Source: a virus (lineage: Duplodnaviria > Caudoviricetes). From it: a DNA stretch of 41,478 nt. Shown here one piece after another: positions 35,210-41,478 of this stretch. The notes beneath the pieces were generated by a model, which ran no database searches, was not told where the DNA came from, and saw nothing but the letters and a program-made list of their open reading frames with translations. Position 1 is the first letter of the stretch; every line of letters starts with the position of its first letter. Position numbers and translations under genes: made by a program. The DNA lies in IMG/VR virus record IMGVR_UViG_3300043432_000155, positions 1 through 41,478 of that record. The stretch is one strand, 5' to 3'.

Positions 35210-35723
35210 TGGTGCACCAAGTTCGCATGGTTTGCACAACGCGCAGCCACCGCTCAGCCAACGGCGCTTTGTTGAACTCGTATTCTACGCTACGCGCAAT
35301 TTGGCGCTGTCCGCAGTTTAGAAGGCCTTCTGCATATGAGCCGGTAATTTCGCGTGTAAGCATGCGCGAGATAACTTGCCAAGTTTGCGGGTTTTCCAAC
35401 CCCGCGCCCCCACAGCAAGCGTACAGTTTACTGGCTAAGCAGGCTAACTGCTCATCGGTGGCTTTAGGCTCATGAGACTGTACTTGTATTGTACCTGGCC
35501 CGAAGACCAAAGTAACCTCCGCAGGGATAGTTGTGGCTAGCTTGACATCGACAGGTTCGTCCGCATCTAAGTAAGCCCTAATAAGCCGCACTGGGTGCGC
35601 TGAACGGATCGGAATGCAGATCTCCCTAGCGTTAGTGCCGTCAGGTCGTATCGGACCAACACGAGCTGTGTACAGACGCACACGCTTTAGCTTATCCTCA
35701 AATACCATTGTGATAGTTTTCAT
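35196..35723 (-). CDS. Hypothetical protein, paralogue of 35720..36253
   Basis: ATGA-coupled; shares ED.LKRV.L, RAY, IPA...VF.PGT and LACLA..L with its neighbour. Confidence 0.8.
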   Translation of the reverse strand: MKTITMVFEDKLKRVRLYTARVGPIRPDGTNAREICIPIRSAHPVRLIRAYLDADEPVDVKLATTIPAEVTLVFGPGTIQVQSHEPKATDEQLACLASKLYACCGGAGLENPQTWQVISRMLTREITGSYAEGLLNCGQRQIARSVEYEFNKAPLAERWLRVVQTMRTWCTNAHP

Positions 35724-36253
35724 GATTGGGCCAACCATTTGAGCACGGTCTTAGCCGCAGCCTGAAACCGCGCATCTGGAGTGCGATCAGGATACATATA
35801 GTAATCCCTAGCCAGAATGTCTGAAGCTTGACCCAAGCTAAAACCTCGAAAGTAACTAGTGCGCTCACCTGTGATTGAGCGTCCAAGTGCCGCTGTTATC
35901 AGCTTCCACATGTCGGCACACCCTAGGCAGGCATCTACGGCAGCGTTATGCAGATCTTCGGCCAAGCATGCTAATTCTGCTGCGTCGATCGGGTGTGGCG
36001 CTGCGAGTTGTAGTGTTCCGGGCTCGAACACAACACTCTTTCCAGCCGGTATAAAAGGCACTGAGCTAAGTTCGACCGGCTTACCATCCTCCATATACGC
36101 ACGCACGATGTGTGCTGATGTACCAATCGGCGCATACACACGAATGGGTGCAGCATTCCGGCCAGTTGCAGGGTTGATGATGAACATAGTTGTCATGTTA
36201 GTCAGTGACACGCGCTTCAACTCATCCTCAAGGACAAACGTCAATACACTCAT
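35720..36253 (-). CDS. Hypothetical protein, paralogue of 35196..35723
   Basis: ATGA-coupled to the polymerase stop. Confidence 0.8.
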   Translation of the reverse strand: MSVLTFVLEDELKRVSLTNMTTMFIINPATGRNAAPIRVYAPIGTSAHIVRAYMEDGKPVELSSVPFIPAGKSVVFEPGTLQLAAPHPIDAAELACLAEDLHNAAVDACLGCADMWKLITAALGRSITGERTSYFRGFSLGQASDILARDYYMYPDRTPDARFQAAAKTVLKWLAQS

Positions 36254-38427
36254 TTTGGTTTCTCCCATACAAGCAGTTTAGGATTTCCATCACGGTCTAA
36301 GGTACCGTGCGGACACGTTATAGTCTGCGCGTCCTTACAGAATGCGCGCATCAACGTTGGGGTGGCTGTCATCGGCACGTCGGGTGTAGACACTGTAGCA
36401 GCGTCGCAGATGATCTTGGCGGCGCGCCAAGCGTACTCGGACGCGCGATCCTCGGGCAGCTCTAGTACATCCTCGTCATGCAGAAACAGCACCGTGTAGG
36501 CGCCGCGCAAACAGCCTGCGCTCGTGTACATCTCTCGTGCGAGCCAGCACACGCCACGCAGCGCTGCGACGGCTGTAAGCGCTTGGTGCGGCGCGCAAGC
36601 CTGTGTGTACTTCTCGATGTAGCGCTTCATCCCGATGCGCTGCCTGGGGTCTATGTATACCTTGTGGATCGACTCTTTCAGTGCCTCATGGTGCTCTTTG
36701 ACTTCGGTCCAAGCTCGGCCGAACGCATCGCCAAGCTCACGCGCTTTCTGCTCGCTGAGATCAAGGCCCATGCCGCGCGCGTAGTCTGGGAGTGAACGCC
36801 AACCACCGCCACCCAGCATCTGGAAGTTAGGCACTTTCGCAAACTGCGCCGCAGCTTTGGCAGCGGGATCGCCCGCCTTGTAAGCAGCGTCGAAGGCGTC
36901 GTAATCCATACCCACGATGTCAGCGCCAAGCGCGCGGTGAACGTTGTGGCCCCGATTCAGCACTTCAGCGAGCTTCGAATGCCCAACTGCATCGATCGCA
37001 AGCTGCGCATGCGCACGCATTTCAGCGTTGTCTAGATCGATTGAGCACAACACGTACCCTGGTCGCGCAACGATGCACTCGCGTTGCCCCGGCAAAGCTA
37101 CGTCGCCTTCTTCATGCTGCACATGCATCGCAGATCGGCGAAACGCCATGAAGTTGTCGCCGACCAGCGGACTGTCTGACGCGCGGCTACTCACGCGGCC
37201 CGTAGCCAGTGGCGACATATACGTGGTCTGAAGTGGTAGCCCCTCAGAGCCCTGGAGCATGCGCTCGGCTTTCTTTTGCAGCGTATTCGCGCTCGTTAGC
37301 GTTGCGAGCGCCATCAACGCAGGGTCTCGCGACAGCTTGCACGCGTCGGCGTTGACTGAGATCAGCCCACTCTTAGTGATCTTGACACCCAACGCCTTGA
37401 ATGGCGCGGGTTTGACGGCCAGCTGCCGGATGTCTTTGTACAGCTCCCATGTATAGCCCAATTCCGACCAGCGCTGCTGTAGCTCGTCCGCACTGGTATG
37501 ATCCGCAGCCAACAGCTTCGCTAGCCGCTTGTGCGCTCTGTGCAGGTCTTTGTGCGACATGCCATGCTTGGCCAGCACAGCATAACGCTGCGACTCTTGC
37601 TTCTTCGCGTTGTATGCTTTCGTCTGCGCGATCGCTGCGTCGAGACGCTCGCGTATGTCGGCCGGCAACGTCGAACGGTACCGCTCGCGGGCTAGCTTGA
37701 GCTTCTTCTTGCCCTTTGCATCAACCAGCCCCACCGCTGCGCACAGCTCACGACAGCGCTCAATCTCTGCGCGTGTCGCTTCGATCAGAGCGAGACACGC
37801 GCGCTTGTCTGTCACGATCCCGCGGCACGTGATTAGATGCAGAGCGAATGCCGCATAGGCGCGAAAGCCTGCGTCTTCTGCCGTGTCGGCCAAACGCGCG
37901 TAGGTCTTTTCCGCAATCAGGCGCGTATAGTGCGCATCATCGATCGCGTAGCGCTTCGCATCTTCCGGCCAATGTTTGAGAGGCACGTCGATCAGCTCGC
38001 TGTAACGCAGGCGCCACGTGCTCTCGTCTTTGGCCAGATCAATGTCGAGCCAGCGCTTAGCGAGCGCAGCAAGGCTGTAGCGGCTGCCCTTGGTCATCCG
38101 ACCGTCTTCAATGTCGATCAGCCTCTGATCGACTTGCACGCAGCGCATTAGGCCCGCCTCGTACTTGGCGAAGACTAGGTCGGTCAAGTCAGGCCACTGC
38201 GCGCACACCACAGCGGCGTCGTAGGCCATGTTGGCGCCGTACGCGACAACGTTGGGGGCGGTCAGTGCGTCTAACCATACGCTGTAGGCCGAGCCTTTTA
38301 CGTGACTCAAACGGTTGCGCGTTGCGTCAGCCCGTGTGGTGCACACCATGGGTGGCGCCGCAAGACCGCGATCGATCAGGCATGTTTCAGTGTCTAGTGC
38401 GACGATCTTGGTCTTGCGGCGCTTCAT
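36250..38427 (-). CDS. polA: Family A DNA polymerase with 3'-5' exonuclease domain
   Basis: ExoI LDTET, ExoII NMAYD, ExoIII YAIDD, TGRVSS, motif A SIDLDNAEMR, motif B AKVPNF and motif C LHDE. Confidence 0.93.
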   Translation of the reverse strand: MKRRKTKIVALDTETCLIDRGLAAPPMVCTTRADATRNRLSHVKGSAYSVWLDALTAPNVVAYGANMAYDAAVVCAQWPDLTDLVFAKYEAGLMRCVQVDQRLIDIEDGRMTKGSRYSLAALAKRWLDIDLAKDESTWRLRYSELIDVPLKHWPEDAKRYAIDDAHYTRLIAEKTYARLADTAEDAGFRAYAAFALHLITCRGIVTDKRACLALIEATRAEIERCRELCAAVGLVDAKGKKKLKLARERYRSTLPADIRERLDAAIAQTKAYNAKKQESQRYAVLAKHGMSHKDLHRAHKRLAKLLAADHTSADELQQRWSELGYTWELYKDIRQLAVKPAPFKALGVKITKSGLISVNADACKLSRDPALMALATLTSANTLQKKAERMLQGSEGLPLQTTYMSPLATGRVSSRASDSPLVGDNFMAFRRSAMHVQHEEGDVALPGQRECIVARPGYVLCSIDLDNAEMRAHAQLAIDAVGHSKLAEVLNRGHNVHRALGADIVGMDYDAFDAAYKAGDPAAKAAAQFAKVPNFQMLGGGGWRSLPDYARGMGLDLSEQKARELGDAFGRAWTEVKEHHEALKESIHKVYIDPRQRIGMKRYIEKYTQACAPHQALTAVAALRGVCWLAREMYTSAGCLRGAYTVLFLHDEDVLELPEDRASEYAWRAAKIICDAATVSTPDVPMTATPTLMRAFCKDAQTITCPHGTLDRDGNPKLLVWEKPK

Positions 38428-38430
38428 GTG

Positions 38431-38550
38431 TCAGCTCTCTTTACACACGTACCAGATGTAGATCAGGGCGAACACGATCCCAAGCGGTGGACATGCAACG
38501 GTCAGCACGCACACCGCGAGTATCATGTAAATGTGAAACCAGGCTCCCAT
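38431..38550 (-). CDS. Small membrane peptide (39 aa, MGAWFHIYMILAVCVLTVACPPLGIVFALIYIWYVCKES)
   Basis: Read manually. TGATG coupling; exactly fills the gap before polA. Confidence 0.7.
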   Translation of the reverse strand: MGAWFHIYMILAVCVLTVACPPLGIVFALIYIWYVCKES

Positions 38551-38804
38551 CACTTCACCAAAGCGTAGCCAGCTTCAAACGCTTTGGTCGGTGACCAAGA
38601 CACGTAGCCGTCTTCGTACACAACGTAGTACCCGGCAGCTTCGTCGTTGACGTTCAACGGGAAGCGTTGGCTTAGTCGCTCATCGAGCTTGATCGGTGAG
38701 TAGCTTGTATCTTCGAATGCAACTTGCGCATCCGGGCCGATCGACTCGATTTTCAAAGCCCTTACGAGCTTATGGCACTTGTACAGAGGTAGTTCCGGTT
38801 TCAT
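38550..38804 (-). CDS. Conserved small phage protein with GYYVVYEDGYVSWSP..AFE.GY motif
   Basis: Recognisable phage motif; ATGA-coupled. Confidence 0.8.
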   Translation of the reverse strand: MKPELPLYKCHKLVRALKIESIGPDAQVAFEDTSYSPIKLDERLSQRFPLNVNDEAAGYYVVYEDGYVSWSPTKAFEAGYALVK

Positions 38805-39094
38805 AGTTTTCCTTGGTCCGCGGTCAGCGCCGCGAATGCCATGCGTTTTTGTTCGGCGTCCAGTTCGAAAGCTTCACAGTACTCATCGAAGCCAACAACG
38901 CTTGGCAGCGTGCGCCGCTCAAGTTCCGCGTAGTGCCGCGCCTTGTGCAGCGCATCGGCGCGGCTCTCGCCTTTCTTTCGTCCCGCGCGGAAAACGTACT
39001 TGATCACGTTACCCCTAGTAAAATCTAGGCCGTAGCGCGCGATCAAGTCGTAGACTTCAAGGCCTTTCGGCCCTGCGATGTAGTGGTCACTCAT
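38801..39094 (-). CDS. DUF3310 protein (T7 gp1.7-like nucleotide kinase family)
   Basis: HY...EV.D.I....LDF..GNVIKY..RAG.K....D.L.KA..Y. Confidence 0.85.
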   Translation of the reverse strand: MSDHYIAGPKGLEVYDLIARYGLDFTRGNVIKYVFRAGRKKGESRADALHKARHYAELERRTLPSVVGFDEYCEAFELDAEQKRMAFAALTADQGKL

Positions 39095-39614
39095 CGTCAC
39101 CACCCACAGCTTCCCAGCTCGTGTAGTACCCGTCACCCTTCGCCGCAGGCTTGCGAACGAAGCGGCAGACTGCAGAGCGGCCCTCAAGCTTGGCGAACAT
39201 CGTGATCACGTTGTCGACGCTGACAAGTTTGTCTTTGTTCGCGTCGGCGAGTTTGTTGATCTTGTTGCGCAACTTGGCCCGAGTCTCATCGGTCGGGTTC
39301 ACCCCCCGCAACGCTGCGATCAGATCGAACATCTCGCGGTAGAAGTAGGTGTCAGCGAAAGCTTGAGTTGGGTTCAGTGTCTTCTCGATCTTCGATCCGG
39401 CTTTGATGTTCGTGTCTGTCGCATCGACTACGAAGCGCAGCACGTAGAACGCGTACGGTTTGGCGCTCTTCTTAGATACCCCCTCCTTCCATTCGATCTC
39501 TCGAAACTCGACCTGATAGACACACTCGTTGAGGCCGTCCGGCAGAACGAGGCTTGGCGTCTCGTTCGAGCCCTTGGCTGATCCTTCGCTCGGGCGTGAA
39601 AATGACTTGCTCAT
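39087..39614 (-). CDS. Putative single-stranded DNA-binding protein (OB-fold-like)
   Basis: Located between helicase and polymerase, with an aromatic/basic beta pattern, short acidic C-terminus and strong codon bias; ATGA-coupled. Confidence 0.55.
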   Translation of the reverse strand: MSKSFSRPSEGSAKGSNETPSLVLPDGLNECVYQVEFREIEWKEGVSKKSAKPYAFYVLRFVVDATDTNIKAGSKIEKTLNPTQAFADTYFYREMFDLIAALRGVNPTDETRAKLRNKINKLADANKDKLVSVDNVITMFAKLEGRSAVCRFVRKPAAKGDGYYTSWEAVGGDDE

Positions 39615-41308
39615 GGTCTCTTCTTTCCGGCCCATTGCGGGCCTACGTTGTTCCGTTGCTTGTTCTCGTGTTCGGTCCACTCTGCGATCAACAGCTTGCG
39701 CGATCGGTTCTCGATCAAGCTCACTGTAGACTCTTTTTCCCGCGCGCCGTCAAGGGCTTCGGCGTTCTCGCGGCACGCGATCCAATAGTACGTATGCACT
39801 TCGGCAGCTTCTTGCCCATGTCTGTGCGTGCGGGCAAGGCTCTGCTCATGCGCATCACCCGACGCCATTGGCGACACGTACAGATTCGTGTTCCAGATCT
39901 TCTGCATGCCGTCCAGATCGGTCGAGCATGCCGCAACACTCACGACAGCCGCAGTTCCGCGCTTGTGATCAAGCACTGACGCACCGTTCCGATCCTTGGC
40001 GTTCTGGTGATAGAAGTGCCAGCCGCCGCGTCTCGCCAGCTCGTTTCCGAACGCCGGATGCGCCGTCCATAGCAACCCGGTAGGGTGTGCCTTGAGCCAA
40101 GCATGTGCCGCCTTGAGCCGCTCCCGAGTGAGCCACACAGTGATCTTGGGTTCGTTGTACAGCGGCTTGATCCGCAACCACTCGTGCAGCGGCCAGCAAT
40201 CCGGATCGTGGATCGATGCGTTGCGGACGCGTAGCTCGGTGTCGAGATCGTTCGAGCCGTCGGCGATCACTTCGCGGCAGTATGCGGCCCAAGTGCGGTA
40301 TGCGTGCAGCCATTCGAGTGGCGGATGCGGCTCCCACTTGCGCCAAAAGCCGAGCGCTAGCGCCGTTGCGATCTGCCAAGTCTTGTGGCCGTCGGGATCA
40401 ATCACTTCCGACCCGTCCGGCAGTTTGCCAGCTCTAAGGTGTTTGAATGCCTCGACGATCTCCGGGCCAACATCGACATGCACTGGCGTCGCGTACAGGC
40501 TCGCGCTTACGGCCCGCTTTCCGGTCGAGACCACAACGCCGGGCGTCTCTCGGTAGCGACGGCCTACAGCCTTGAGATCGCCGAGAACGCCAAAGGGTAT
40601 CTTGCCCGCTGTTGCCAGCTTGTAGTTTCGCAGCGTTTGCTTAGCTGATGTGCGAGGCACAGGCGACTTTGCACCCAAGCTCCACTCGCACAGTCGCGCG
40701 ATGTCTTCAACGAAGCGTGAAGCCATCAACGTTCCGGACAGACAGATGATCGGAGCCCTAGGGTTCAGCGCGCGCCAGCGCTCAATACGCTTCGTGATCG
40801 CTGAATCGTAACGTCCTGCCCTATGCGCCTCGTCCAGTATCAGCATGCCTGGATTGTAGGTGGTGAGGTAGTCCGCGTATGCCGCGCGGCTCAACTGGCC
40901 GTAACCAAGCCAGTGGATATCGTCTCTTACGAGCCAATGCTCCTTAGCAGCCTCGTACGCTCGCAGCACTTTGCCGGACGAGATCGAAGCTGACGGCGTC
41001 AACAACAACGGCCTCGGTATGTGGCTCAACAACGTTGGTGCGAGCAGTGACACGAGTGTCTTACCCTCTCCTGTGCCGAGCCCACAAATAACGCCGCCAT
41101 ACAGCTTGATTTCGCGGAGCGCCGCAGCCTGCTCCGCCCACAGTGTTTGCGCGCCGTGGGCCGAAGCTAGCTGATCTGTAAGGTCTTTGGCTTGCTCGGC
41201 AGACGCTCGAAGCGGCCGGCGCAGCAAGCCGTATATGCGCCGCGTCTCGGCGTCGTGCGGCACACCATTGCGCAGTGTGATGAACTCATCTATGCTATTA
41301 GGTCGCAT
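39611..41308 (-). CDS. Superfamily 2 helicase
   Basis: Q motif (LWAEQ), GTGEGKT, ILDEAH, LSGT and motif VI EQSLARTHRHGQ. Confidence 0.9.
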   Translation of the reverse strand: MRPNSIDEFITLRNGVPHDAETRRIYGLLRRPLRASAEQAKDLTDQLASAHGAQTLWAEQAAALREIKLYGGVICGLGTGEGKTLVSLLAPTLLSHIPRPLLLTPSASISSGKVLRAYEAAKEHWLVRDDIHWLGYGQLSRAAYADYLTTYNPGMLILDEAHRAGRYDSAITKRIERWRALNPRAPIICLSGTLMASRFVEDIARLCEWSLGAKSPVPRTSAKQTLRNYKLATAGKIPFGVLGDLKAVGRRYRETPGVVVSTGKRAVSASLYATPVHVDVGPEIVEAFKHLRAGKLPDGSEVIDPDGHKTWQIATALALGFWRKWEPHPPLEWLHAYRTWAAYCREVIADGSNDLDTELRVRNASIHDPDCWPLHEWLRIKPLYNEPKITVWLTRERLKAAHAWLKAHPTGLLWTAHPAFGNELARRGGWHFYHQNAKDRNGASVLDHKRGTAAVVSVAACSTDLDGMQKIWNTNLYVSPMASGDAHEQSLARTHRHGQEAAEVHTYYWIACRENAEALDGAREKESTVSLIENRSRKLLIAEWTEHENKQRNNVGPQWAGKKRP

Positions 41309-41478
41309 ACACTTAGCTTTCGGTTGCACTGACAACTGTGCATATCAGCGTTAACCATGCTGCTCTAACGTCTGGTAACCAACCCTCGAAGCCTAGATAC
41401 ACGTCTGGATCTGAAAAAAAGCAGTCACGCATCGCGCGTAACTCTCCACCCCTAGAGCGCCAAGCCAGTACGAGCCAC
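41224..41478. repeat. Terminal direct overlap, copy 2
   Basis: Matches 1-255 at an offset of 41,223. Confidence 0.95.

Overview
The window is an apparently complete dsDNA tailed phage genome of about 41.2 kb (unit length 41,223 bp, with a 255-bp terminal overlap) with a podovirus-like gene layout. I found no integrase, tRNA, CRISPR array or reverse transcriptase. A leftward early/replication arm runs from about 3.7 kb across the circle junction to about 33.7 kb. It encodes a Cas4-like PD-(D/E)XK nuclease, an SF2 helicase, an SSB-like protein, DUF3310, a divergent family-A DNA polymerase, VRR-NUC, an XRE+wHTH regulator and many tiny translationally coupled ORFs. A rightward primase/VapE-helicase gene is followed by an origin-like repeat region. 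The rightward late arm (7.9-33.7 kb) holds terminase, portal, scaffold, capsid, adaptor/nozzle, ejection-like proteins, tail fibres and a lysis cassette. The most notable items are: (1) an intact metacaspase (peptidase C14) and an SNase-like nuclease chained to the endolysin at the end of the lysis cassette; (2) three candidate structured RNAs (816-950, 3820-3975 and the capsid leader); (3) a stand-alone 'YEDGYxSWSP' domain protein, a possible anti-defence nucleotide sponge; (4) symmetric overlapping divergent promoters and a leaderless moron-like lipoprotein; (5) non-canonical catalytic motifs in PolA and TerL. The host is likely a high-GC Gram-negative bacterium, possibly Myxococcota (inference only). 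All calls come from reading motifs by eye; no searches were run.
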